Below are positions 23,001 through 38,000 of a stretch of DNA of 64,000 nt, piece by piece. A model generated the notes under the pieces. That model was not told the origin of the DNA. It made no database searches and saw only the letters and a program-made list of their open reading frames with translations. The DNA lies in assembly GCA_032718475.1 (NCBI GenBank), contig JAUCBJ010005137.1:108327-172326 (forward strand), given 5' to 3'. Position numbers and translations under genes: made by a program. The stretch is from Nemertoderma westbladi. Taxonomy: Eukaryota; Animalia; Xenacoelomorpha. Numbering within the stretch: position 1 is the first letter of the stretch; each line of letters starts with the position of its first letter.

Positions 23001-26000
23001 GCAAACAAGTTACATCGATATTCGGTACGTTGCAAACAAGTTACATAGATATTCGGTTCGTTGCAAACAAGTTACATAGATATTCGGTACGTTACAAACA
23101 AGTTACATAGATATTCGGTGCGTTACAAACATTACATAGATATTCGGTACGTTACAAACAAGTTACATAGATATTCGGTACGTTACAAACAAGTTACATA
23201 GATATTCGGTACGTTACAAACAAGTTACATAGATATTCGGTATGTTACAAACAAGTTACATTGATATTCGGTACGTTACAAACAAGTTACATTGATATTC
23301 GGTACGTTACAAACAAGTTACATAGATATTCGGTACGTTACAAACAAGTTACATAGATATTCGGTACGTTACAAACAAGTTACATCGATATTCGGTACGT
23401 TGCAAACAAGTTACATAGATATTCGGTACGTTACAAACAAGTTACATCGATATTCGGTACGTTACAAACAAGTTACATAGATATTCGGTACGTTACAAAC
23501 AAGTTACATAGATATTCGGTACGTTACAAACAAGTTACATCGATATTCGGTACGTTACAAACAAGTTACATAGATATTCGGTACGTTACAAACAAGTTAC
23601 ATCGATATTCGGTACGTTACAAACAAGTTACATAGATATTCGGTACGTTACAAACAAGTTACATAGATATTCGGTACGTTACAAACAAGTTACATCGATA
23701 TTCGGTACGTTACAAACAAGTTACATAGATATTCGGTTCGTTACAAACAAATTACATATATATTCGGTACGTTACAAACAAGTTACATAGATATTCGGTA
23801 CGTTGCAAACAAGTTACATAGATATTCGGTACGTTGCAAACAAGTTACATAGATATTCGGTACGTTGCAAACAAGTTACATAGATATTCGGTACGTTACA
23901 AACAAGTTACATCGATATTCGGTACGTTACAAACAAGTTACATCGATATTCGGTACGTTGCAAACAAGTTACATAGATATTCGGTACGTTGCAAACAAGT
24001 TACATAGATATTCGGTACGTTGCAAACAAGTTACATAGATATTCGGTACGTTGCAAACAAGTTACATCGATATTCGGTACGTTACAAACAAGTTACATAG
24101 ATATTCGGTACGTTGCAAACAAGTTACATAGATATTCGGTACGTTACAAACAAGTTACATAGATATTCGGTACGTTGCAAACAAGTTACATCGATATTCG
24201 GTACGTTACAAACAAGTTACATAGATATTCGGTACGTTGCAAACAAGTTACATAGATATTCGGTACGTTGCAAACAAGTTACATAGATATTCGGTACGTT
24301 GCAAACAAGTTACATAGATATTCGGTACGTTGCAAACAAGTTACATAGATATTCGGTACGTTACAAACAAGTTACATAGATATTCGGTACGTTACAAACA
24401 AGTTACATAGATATTCGGTACGTTACAAACAAGTTACATAGATATTCGGTACGTTACAAACAAGTTACATAGATATTCGGTACGTTACAAACAAGTTACA
24501 TAGATATTCGGTACGTTACAAACAAGTTACATAGATATTCGGTACGTTACAAACAAGTTACATCGATATTCGGTACGTTGCAAACAAGTTACATAGATAT
24601 TCGGTACGTTACAAACAAGTTACATCGATATTCGGTACGTTACAAACAAGTTACATAGATATTCGGTACGTTACAAACAAGTTACATAGATATTCGGTAC
24701 GTTACAAACAAGTTACATAGATATTCGGTACGTTACAAACAAGTTACATCGATATTCGGTACGTTACAAACAAGTTACATAGATATTCGGTTCGTTACAA
24801 ACAAATTACATATATATTCGGTACGTTACAAACAAGTTACATAGATATTCGGTATGTTACAAACAAGTTACATAGATATTCGGTACGTTACAAACAAGTT
24901 ACATAGATATTCGGTACGTTACAAACAAGTTACATAGATATTCGGTACGTTACAAACAAGTTACATAGATATTCGGTACGTTACAAACAAGTTACATAGA
25001 TATTCGGTACGTTACAAACAAGTTACATAGATATTCGGTATGTTACAAACAAGTTACATAGATATTCGGTACGTTACAAACAAGTTACATAGATATTCGG
25101 TACGTTACAAACAAGTTACATCGATATTCGGTACGTTACAAACAAGTTACATAGATATTCGGTACGTTACAAACAAGTTACATAGATATTCGGTACGTTA
25201 CAAACAAGTTACATCGATATTCGGTACGTTGCAAACAAGTTACATAGATATTCGGTACGTTACAAACAAGTTACATCGATATTCGGTACGTTACAAACAA
25301 GTTACATAGATATTCGGTACGTTACAAACAAGTTACATAGATATTCGGTACGTTACAAACAAGTTACATTGATATTCGGTACGTTACAAACAAGTTACAT
25401 CGATATTCGGTACGTTGCAAACAAGTTACATAGATATTCGGTACGTTGCAAACAAGTTACATTGATATTCGGTACGTTACAAACAAGTTACATAGATATT
25501 CGGTTCGTTACAAACAGGTTACATTGATATTCGGTACGTTGCAAACAAGTTACATAGATATTCGGTACGTTGCAAACAAGTTACATCGATATTCGGTACG
25601 TTACAAACAAGTTACATAGATATTCGGTACGTTACAAACAAGTTACATCGATATTCGGTACGTTACAAACAAGTTACATAGATATTCGGTACGTTGCAAA
25701 CAAGTTACATCGATATTCGGTACGTTGCAAACAAGTTACATAGATATTCGGTACGTTGCAAACAAGTTACATCGATATTCGGTACGTTACAAACAAGTTA
25801 CATAGATATTCGGTACGTTACAAACAAGTTACATCGATATTCGGTACGTTACAAACAAGTTACATAGATATTCGGTACGTTGCAAACAAGTTACATTGAT
25901 ATTCGGTACGTTACAAACAAGTTACATAGATATTCGGTTCGTTACAAACAGGTTACATTGATATTCGGTACGTTGCAAACAAGTTACATAGATATTCGGT

Positions 26001-29000
26001 ACGTTGCAAACAAGTTACATTGATATTCGGTACGTTACAAACAAGTTACATAGATATTCGGTTCGTTACAAACAGGTTACATTGATATTCGGTACGTTGC
26101 AAACAAGTTACATAGATATTCGGTACGTTGCAAACAAGTTACATCGATATTCGGTACGTTACAAACAAGTTACATAGATATTCGGTACGTTACAAACAAG
26201 TTACATCGATATTCGGTACGTTACAAACAAGTTACATAGATATTCGGTACGTTGCAAACAAGTTACATAGATATTCGGTACGTTGCAAACAAGTTACATA
26301 GATATTCGGTACGTTGCAAACAAGTTACATAGATATTCGGTACGTTACAAACAAGTTACATCGATATTCGGTACGTTACAAACAAGTTACATAGATATTC
26401 GGTACGTTACAAACAAGTTACATAGATATTCGGTACGTTACAAACAAATTACATATATATTCGGTACGTTACAAACAAGTTACATAGATATTCGGTACGT
26501 TACAAACAAGTTACATTGATATTCGGTACGTTACAAACAAGTTACATAGATATTCGGTACGTTGCAAACAAGTTACATCGATATTCGGTACGTTGCAAAC
26601 AAGTTACATCGATATTCGGTACGTTACAAACAAGTTACATCGATATTCGGTACGTTACAAACAAGTTACATAGATATTCGGTACGTTACAAACAAGTTAC
26701 ATAGATATTCGGTACGTTGCAAACAAGTTACATAGATATTCGGTACGTTGCAAACAAGTTACATCGATATTCGGTACGTTACAAACAAGTTACATAGATA
26801 TTCGGTACGTTACAAACAAGTTACATCGATATTCGGTACGTTACAAACAAGTTACATCGATATTCGGTACGTTACAAACAAGTTACATAGATATTCGGTA
26901 CGTTACAAACAAGTTACATAGATATTCGGTACGTTGCAAACAAGTTACATAGATATTCGGTACGTTGCAAACAAGTTACATCGATATTCGGTACGTTACA
27001 AACAAGTTACATAGATATTCGGTACGTTACAAACAAGTTACATCGATATTCGGTACGTTACAAACAAGTTACATCGATATTCGGTACGTTACAAACAAGT
27101 TACATAGATATTCGGTACGTTACAAACAAGTTACATCGATATTCGGTACGTTACAAACAAGTTACATCGATATTCGGTACGTTACAAACAAGTTACATAG
27201 ATATTCGGTACGTTACAAACAAGTTACATAGATATTCGGTACGTTACAAACAAGTTACATAGATATTCGGTACGTTACAAACAAGTTACATAGATATTCG
27301 GTACGTTACAAACAAGTTACATTGATATTCGGTACGTTACAAACAAGTTACATAGATATTCGGTACGTTACAAACAAGTTACATCGATATTCGGTACGTT
27401 ACAAACAAGTTACATAGATATTCGGTACGTTACAAACAAGTTACATAGATATTCGGTACGTTACAAACAAGTTACATCGATATTCGGTACGTTACAAACA
27501 AGTTACATAGATATTCGGTACGTTGCAAACAAGTTACATAGATATTCGGTACGTTACAAACAAGTTACATCGATATTCGGTACGTTACAAACAAGTTACA
27601 TCGATATTCGGTACGTTACAAACAAATTACATATATATTCGGTACGTTACAAACAAGTTACATAGATATTCGGTACGTTACAAACAAGTTACATTGATAT
27701 TCGGTACGTTACAAACAAGTTACATAGATATTCGGTACGTTACAAACAAGTTACATCGATATTCGGTACGTTGCAAACAAGTTACATAGATATTCGGTAC
27801 GTTGCAAACAAGTTACATAGATATTCGGTACGTTACAAACAAGTTACATCGATATTCGGTACGTTACAAACAAGTTACATAGATATTCGGTACGTTACAA
27901 ACAAGTTACATAGATATTCGGTACGTTACAAACAAATTACATATATATTCGGTACGTTACAAACAAGTTACATAGATATTCGGTACGTTACAAACAAGTT
28001 ACATTGATATTCGGTACGTTACAAACAAGTTACATAGATATTCGGTACGTTACAAACAAGTTACATCGATATTCGGTACGTTACAAACAAGTTACATAGA
28101 TATTCGGTACGTTACAAACAAGTTACATAGATATTCGGTACGTTACAAACAAGTTACATCGATATTCGGTACGTTACAAACAAGTTACATAGATATTCGG
28201 TACGTTACAAACAAGTTACATAGATATTCGGTACGTTACAAACAAGTTACATCGATATTCGGTACGTTACAAACAAGTTACATAGATATTCGGTACGTTG
28301 CAAACAAGTTACATAGATATTCGGTACGTTACAAACAAGTTACATCGATATTCGGTACGTTACAAACAAGTTACATAGATATTCGGTACGTTACAAACAA
28401 ATTACATATATATTCGGTACGTTACAAACAAGTTACATAGATATTCGGTACGTTACAAACAAGTTACATTGATATTCGGTACGTTACAAACAAGTTACAT
28501 AGATATTCGGTACGTTACAAACAAGTTACATCGATATTCGGTACGTTGCAAACAAGTTACATAGATATTCGGTACGTTGCAAACAAGTTACATAGATATT
28601 CGGTACGTTACAAACAAGTTACATCGATATTCGGTACGTTACAAACAAGTTACATAGATATTCGGTACGTTACAAACAAGTTACATAGATATTCGGTACG
28701 TTACAAACAAATTACATATATATTCGGTACGTTACAAACAAGTTACATAGATATTCGGTACGTTACAAACAAGTTACATTGATATTCGGTACGTTACAAA
28801 CAAGTTACATAGATATTCGGTACGTTACAAACAAGTTACATCGATATTCGGTACGTTACAAACAAGTTACATAGATATTCGGTTCGTTACAAACAGGTTA
28901 CATAGATATTCGGTACGTTACAAACAAGTTACATTGATATTCGGTACGTTACAAACAAGTTACATTGATATTCGGTACGTTACAAACAAGTTACATCGAT

Positions 29001-32000
29001 ATTCGGTACGTTACAAACAAGTTACATAGATATTCGGTACATTACAAACAAGTTACATAGATATTCGGTTCGTTACAAACAAGTTACATTGATATTCGGT
29101 ACGTTACAAACAAGTTACATCGATATTCGGTACGTTGCAAACAAGTTACATAGATATTCGGTACGTTACAAACAAGTTACATAGATATTCGGTACGTTAC
29201 AAACAAGTTACATCGATATTCGGTACGTTACAAACAAGTTACATAGATATTCGGTACGTTACAAACAAGTTACATCGATATTCGGTACGTTACAAACAAG
29301 TTACATAGATATTCGGTACGTTACAAACAAGTTACATAGATATTCGGTTCGTTACAAACAAGTTACATTGATATTCGGTACGTTACAAACAAGTTACATT
29401 GATATTCGGTACGTTACAAACAAGTTACATAGATATTCGGTACGTTACAAACAAGTTACATAGATATTCGGTACGTTACGAACAAGTTACATAGATATTC
29501 GGTACGTTACAAACAAGTTACATAGATATTCGGTACGTTACAAACAAGTTACATAGATATTCGGTACGTTACAAACAAGTTACATAGATATTCGGTACGT
29601 TACAAACAAGTTACATAGATATTCGGTACGTTACAAACAAGTTACATCGATATTCGGTACGTTACAAACAAGTTACATAGATATTCGGTACGTTACAAAC
29701 AAGTTACATCGATATTCGGTACGTTGCAAACAAGTTACATAGATATTCGGTACGTTACAAACAAGTTACATAGATATTCGGTACGTTACAAACAAGTTAC
29801 ATTGATATTCGGTATGTTACAAACAAGTTACATAGATATTCGGTACGTTACAAACAAGTTACATCGATATTCGGTACGTTACAAACAAGTTACATAGATA
29901 TTCGGTACGTTGCAAACAAGTTACATTGATATTCGGTACGTTGCAAACAAGTTACATAGATATTCGGTACGTTACAAACAAGTTACATAGATATTCGGTA
30001 CGTTACAAACAAGTTACATAGATATTCGGTACGTTACAAACAAGTTACATAGATATTCGGTACGTTACAAACAAGTTACATAGATATTCGGTACGTTACA
30101 AACAAGTTACATAGATATTCGGTACGTTACAAACAAGTTACATCGATATTCGGTACGTTGCAAACAAGTTACATAGATATTCGGTACGTTACAAACAAGT
30201 TACATAGATATTCGGTACGTTACAAACAAGTTACATAGATATTCGGTACGTTACAAACAAGTTACATAGATATTCGGTACGTTACAAACAAGTTACATAG
30301 ATATTCGGTACGTTACAAACAAGTTACATAGATATTCGGTACGTTACAAACAAGTTACATAGATATTCGGTACGTTACAAACAAGTTACATAGATATTCG
30401 GTACGTTACAAACAAGTTACATCGATATTCGGTACGTTACAAACAAGTTACATCGATATTCGGTACGTTACAAACAAGTTACATAGATATTCGGTACGTT
30501 ACAAACAAGTTACATAGATATTCGGTATGTTACAAACAAGTTACATAGATATTCGGTACGTTACAAACAAGTTACATAGATATTCGGTATGTTACAAACA
30601 AGTTACATAGATATTCGGTATGTTACAAACAAGTTACATAGATATTCGGTACGTTACAAACAAGTTACATAGATATTCGGTACGTTACAAACAAGTTACA
30701 TAGATATTCGGTACGTTACAAACAAGTTACATAGATATTCGGTACGTTACAAACAAGTTACATAGATATTCGGTACGTTACAAACAAGTTACATAGATAT
30801 TCGGTACGTTACAAACAAGTTACATAGATATTCGGTACGTTACAAACAAGTTACATCGATATTCGGTACGTTACAAACAAGTTACATCGATATTCGGTAC
30901 GTTACAAACAAGTTACATAGATATTCGGTACGTTACAAACAAGTTACATAGATATTCGGTATGTTACAAACAAGTTACATAGATATTCGGTACGTTACAA
31001 ACAAGTTACATCGATATTCGGTACGTTACAAACAAGTTACATAGATATTCGGTACGTTACAAACAAGTTACATCGATATTCGGTACGTTACAAACAAGTT
31101 ACATAGATATTCGGTACGTTACAAACAAGTTACATAGATATTCGGTACGTTACAAACAAGTTACATTGATATTCGGTACGTTACAAACAAGTTACATAGA
31201 TATTCGGTACGTTACAAACAAGTTACATAGATATTCGGTACGTTACAAACAAGTTACATCGATATTCGGTACGTTACAAACAAGTTACATTGATATTCGG
31301 TATGTTGCAAACAAGTTACATAGATATTCGGTACGTTACAAACAAGTTACATTGATATTCGGTACGTTGCAAACAAGTTACATCGATATTCGGTACGTTA
31401 CAAACAAGTTACATAGATATTCGGTACGTTACAAACAAGTTACATTGATATTCGGTACGTTACAAACAAGTTACATCGATATTCGGTACGTTACAAACAA
31501 GTTACATCGATATTCGGTACGTTGCAAACAAGTTACATAGATATTCGGTACGTTACAAACAAGTTACATAGATATTCGGTACGTTACAAACAAGTTACAT
31601 CGATATTCGGTACGTTGCAAACAAGTTACATTGATATTCGGTATGTTACAAACAAGTTACATAGATATTCGGTACGTTACAAACAAGTTACATCGATATT
31701 CGGTACGTTGCAAACAAGTTACATTGATATTCGGTACGTTACAAACAAGTTACATAGATATTCGGTACGTTACAAACAAGTTACATAGATATTCGGTACG
31801 TTACAAACAAGTTACATCGATATTCGGTACGTTACAAACAAGTTACATTGATATTCGGTACGTTACAAACAAGTTACATAGATATTCGGTACGTTACAAA
31901 CAAGTTACATCGATATTCGGTACGTTACAAACAAGTTACATTGATATTCGGTACGTTACAAACAAGTTACATCGATATTCGGTACGTTACAAACAAGTTA

Positions 32001-35000
32001 CATTGATATTCGGTATGTTGCAAACAAGTTACATAGATATTCGGTACGTTACAAACAAGTTACATCGATATTCGGTACGTTGCAAACAAGTTACATAGAT
32101 ATTCGGTACGTTACAAACAAGTTACATAGATATTCGGTACGTTACAAACAAGTTACATCGATATTCGGTACGTTGCAAACAAGTTACATTGATATTCGGT
32201 ATGTTACAAACAAGTTACATAGATATTCGGTACGTTACAAACAAGTTACATCGATATTCGGTACGTTGCAAACAAGTTACATCGATATTCGGTACGTTGC
32301 AAACAAGTTACATAGATATTCGGTACGTTACAAACAAGTTACATAGATATTCGGTACGTTACAAACAAGTTACATAGATATTCGGTACGTTACAAACAAG
32401 TTACATCGATATTCGGTACGTTGCAAACAAGTTACATTGATATTCGGTATGTTACAAACAAGTTACATAGATATTCGGTACGTTACAAACAAGTTACATC
32501 GATATTCGGTACGTTACAAACAAGTTACATAGATATTCGGTACGTTACAAACAAGTTACATAGATATTCGGTACGTTACAAACAAGTTACATAGATATTC
32601 GGTACGTTGCAAACAAGTTACATCGATATTCGGTACGTTGCAAACAAGTTACATAGATATTCGGTACGTTACAAACAAGTTACATCGATATTCGGTACGT
32701 TACAAACAAGTTACATCGATATTCGGTACGTTGCAAACAAGTTACATAGATATTCGGTACGTTGCAAACAAGTTACATCGATATTCGGTACGTTACAAAC
32801 AAGTTACATAGATATTCGGTACGTTACAAACAAGTTACATCGATATTCGGTATGTTACAAACAAGTTACATTGATATTCGGTACGTTACAAACAAGTTAC
32901 ATAGATATTCGGTACGTTGCAAACAAGTTACATCGATATTCGGTACGTTACAAACAAGTTACATAGATATTCGGTACGTTACAAACAAGTTACATAGATA
33001 TTCGGTACGTTGCAAACAAGTTACATAGATATTCGGTACGTTGCAAACAAGTTACATCGATATTCGGTACGTTACAAACAAGTTACATAGATATTCGGTA
33101 CGTTACAAACAAGTTACATCGATATTCGGTATGTTACAAACAAGTTACATTGATATTCGGTACGTTACAAACAAGTTACATAGATATTCGGTACGTTACA
33201 AACAAGTTATATCGATATTCGGTACGTTACAAACAAGTTACATCGATATTCGGTACGTTGCAAACAAGTTACATCGATATTCGGTACGTTACAAACAAGT
33301 TACATTGATATTCGGTACGTTACAAACAAGTTACATATATATTCGGTACGTTACAAACAAGTTACATCGATATTCGGTACGTTGCAAACAAGTTACATTG
33401 ATATTCGGTACGTTGCAAACAAGTTACATTGATATTCGGTACGTTGCAAACAAGTTACATAGATATTCGGTACGTTACAAACAAGTTACATAGATATTCG
33501 GTACGTTACAAACAAGTTACATAGATATTCGGTACGTTGCAAACAAGTTACATAGATATTCGGTACGTTACAAACAAGTTACATAGATATTCGGTACGTT
33601 ACAAACAAGTTACATAGATATTCGGTACGTTACAAACAAGTTACATAGATATTCGGTACGTTGCAAACAAGTTACATAGATATTCGGTACGTTACAAATA
33701 AGTTACATAGATATTCGGTACGTTACAAACAAGTTACATAGATATTCGGTACGTTACAAACAAGTTACATAGATATTCGGTACGTTACAAACAAGTTACA
33801 TAGATATTCGGTACGTTACAAACAAGTTATATCGATATTCGGTACGTTACAAACAAGTTACATCGATATTCGGTACGTTGCAAACAAGTTACATAGATAT
33901 TCGGTACGTTGCAAACAAGTTACATCGATATTCGGTACGTTGCAAACAAGTTACATAGATATTCGGTACGTTACAAACAAGTTACATCGATATTCGGTAC
34001 GTTACAAACAAGTTACATAGATATTCGGTACGTTACAAACAAGTTACATAGATATTCGGTACGTTACAAACAAGTTACATCGATATTCGGTACGTTACAA
34101 ACAAGTTACATAGATATTCGGTACGTTGCAAACAAGTTACATAGATATTCGGTACGTTGCAAACAAGTTACATAGATATTCGGTACGTTGCAAACAAGTT
34201 ACATAGATATTCGGTACGTTACAAACAAGTTACATAGATATTCGGTACGTTACAAACAAGTTACATCGATATTCGGTACGTTACAAACAAGTTACATAGA
34301 TATTCGGTACGTTACAAACAAGTTACATCGATATTCGGTACGTTACAAACAAGTTACATAGATATTCGGTACGTTACAAACAAGTTACATAGATATTCGG
34401 TACGTTACAAACAAGTTACATAGATATTCGGTACGTTGCAAACAAGTTACATAGATATTCGGTACGTTGCAAACAAGTTACATAGATATTCGGTACGTTG
34501 CAAACAAGTTACATAGATATTCGGTACGTTGCAAACAAGTTACATAGATATTCGGTACGTTGCAAACAAGTTACATAGATATTCGGTACGTTGCAAACAA
34601 GTTACATAGATATTCGGTACGTTGCAAACAAGTTACATCGATATTCGGTACGTTACAAACAAGTTATATCGATATTCGGTACGTTACAAACAAGTTACAT
34701 AGATATTCGGTACGTTACAAACAAGTTACATAGATATTCGGTACGTTACAAACAAGTTACATAGATATTCGGTACGTTACAAACAAGTTACATAGATATT
34801 CGGTACGTTACAAACAAGTTACATAGATATTCGGTACGTTACAAACAAGTTACATCGATATTCGGTACGTTACAAACAAGTTACATAGATATTCGGTACG
34901 TTACAAACAAGTTACATAGATATTCGGTACGTTACAAACAAGTTACATAGATATTCGGTACGTTGCAAACAAGTTACATAGATATTCGGTACGTTACAAA

Positions 35001-38000
35001 CAAGTTACATAGATATTCGGTACGTTACAAACAAGTTACATCGATATTCGGTACGTTACAAACAAGTTACATTGATATTCGGTACGTTACAAACAAGTTA
35101 CATTGATATTCGGTACGTTACAAACAAGTTACATTGATATTCGGTACGTTACAAACAAGTTACATCGATATTCGGTACGTTACAAACAAGTTACATAGAT
35201 ATTCGGTACGTTACAAACAAGTTACATAGATATTCGGTACGTTACAAACAAGTTACATCGATATTCGGTACGTTACAAACAAGTTACATAGATATTCGGT
35301 ACGTTACAAACAAGTTACATCGATATTCGGTACGTTACAAACAAGTTACATAGATATTCGGTACGTTACAAACAAGTTACATAGATATTCGGTACGTTAC
35401 AAACAAGTTACATAGATATTCGGTACGTTGCAAACAAGTTACATAGATATTCGGTACGTTACAAACAAGTTACATAGATATTCGGTACGTTACAAACAAG
35501 TTACATCGATATTCGGTACGTTACAAACAAGTTACATTGATATTCGGTACGTTACAAACAAGTTACATTGATATTCGGTACGTTACAAACAAGTTACATT
35601 GATATTCGGTACGTTACAAACAAGTTACATAGATATTCGGTACGTTACAAACAAGTTACATAGATATTCGGTACGTTACAAACAAGTTACATTGATATTC
35701 GGTACGTTACAAACAAGTTACATTGATATTCGGTACGTTACAAACAAGTTACATTGATATTCGGTACGTTACAAACAAGTTACATAGATATTCGGTACGT
35801 TACAAACAAGTTACATAGATATTCGGTACGTTACAAACAAGTTACATAGATATTCGGTACGTTACAAACAAGTTACATAGATATTCGGTACGTTACAAAC
35901 AAGTTACATAGATATTCGGTACGTTACAAACAAGTTACATAGATATTCGGTACGTTACAAACAAGTTACATAGATATTCGGTACGTTACAAACAAGTTAC
36001 ATAGATATTCGGTACGTTACAAACAAGTTACATCGATATTCGGTACGTTACAAACAAGTTACATAGATATTCGGTACGTTACAAACAAGTTACATAGATA
36101 TTCGGTACGTTACAAACAAGTTACATCGATATTCGGTACGTTACAAACAAGTTACATAGATATTCGGTACGTTACAAACAAGTTACATCGATATTCGGTA
36201 CGTTACAAACAAGTTACATAGATATTCGGTACGTTGCAAACAAGTTACATAGATATTCGGTACGTTACAAACAAGTTACATCGATATTCGGTACGTTACA
36301 AACAAGTTACATAGATATTCGGTACGTTACAAACAAGTTACATCGATATTCGGTACGTTACAAACAAGTTACATAGATATTCGGTACGTTACAAACAAGT
36401 TACATCGATATTCGGTACGTTACAAATAAGTTACATATATATTCGGTACGTTACAAACAAGTTACATAGATATTCGGTACGTTACAAACAAGTTACATAG
36501 ATATTCGGTACGTTACAAAAAAGTTACATTGATATTCGGTACGTTACAAACAAGTTACATAGATATTCGGTACGTTGCAAACAAGTTACATAGATATTCG
36601 GTACGTTGCAAACAAGTTACATAGATATTCGGTACGTTACAAACAAGTTACATAGATATTCGGTACGTTGCAAACAAGTTACATAGATATTCGGTACGTT
36701 ACAAACAAGTTACATCGATATTCGGTACGTTACAAACAAGTTACATCGATATTCGGTACGTTACAAACAAGTTACATCGATATTCGGTACGTTACAAATA
36801 AGTTACATATATATTCGGTACGTTACAAACAAGTTACATAGATATTCGGTACGTTACAAACAAGTTACATAGATATTCGGTACGTTACAAAAAAGTTACA
36901 TTGATATTCGGTACGTTACAAACAAGTTACATAGATATTCGGTACGTTGCAAACAAGTTACATAGATATTCGGTACGTTGCAAACAAGTTACATAGATAT
37001 TCGGTACGTTACAAACAAGTTACATAGATATTCGGTACGTTGCAAACAAGTTACATAGATATTCGGTACGTTACAAACAAGTTACATCGATATTCGGTAC
37101 GTTACAAACAAGTTACATCGATATTCGGTACGTTACAAACGAGTTACATCGATATTCGGTACGTTACAAACAAGTTACATAGATATTCGGTTCGTTACAA
37201 ACAAGTTACATCGATATTCGGTACGTTACAAACAAATTACATATATATTCGGTACGTTACAAACGAGTTACATCGATATTCGGTACGTTACAAACAAGTT
37301 ACATCGATATTCGGTACGTTACAAACAAGTTACATCGATATTCGGTTCGTTACAAACAAGTTACATCGATATTCGGTACGTTACAAACAAGTTACATCGA
37401 TATTCGGTACGTTACAAACAAGTTACATAGATATTCGGTTCGTTACAAACAAGTTACATAGATATTCGGTACGTTGCAAACAAGTTACATAGATATTCGG
37501 TACGTTACAAACAAGTTACATCGATATTCGGTACGTTGCAAACAAGTTACATCGATATTCGGTACGTTGCAAACAAGTTACATCGATATTCGGTACGTTA
37601 CAAACAAGTTACATTGATATTCGGTACGTTACAAACAAGTTACATAGATATTCGGTACGTTGCAAACAAGTTACATAGATATTCGGTTCGTTACAAACAA
37701 GTTACATCGATATTCGGTACGTTACAAACAAATTACATATATATTCGGTACGTTACAAACGAGTTACATCGATATTCGGTACGTTACAAACAAGTTACAT
37801 CGATATTCGGTACGTTACAAACGAGTTACATCGATATTCGGTTCGTTACAAACAAGTTACATCGATATTCGGTACGTTACAAACAAGTTACATCGATATT
37901 CGGTACGTTACAAACAAGTTACATAGATATTCGGTTCGTTACAAACAAGTTACATAGATATTCGGTACGTTGCAAACAAGTTACATAGATATTCGGTACG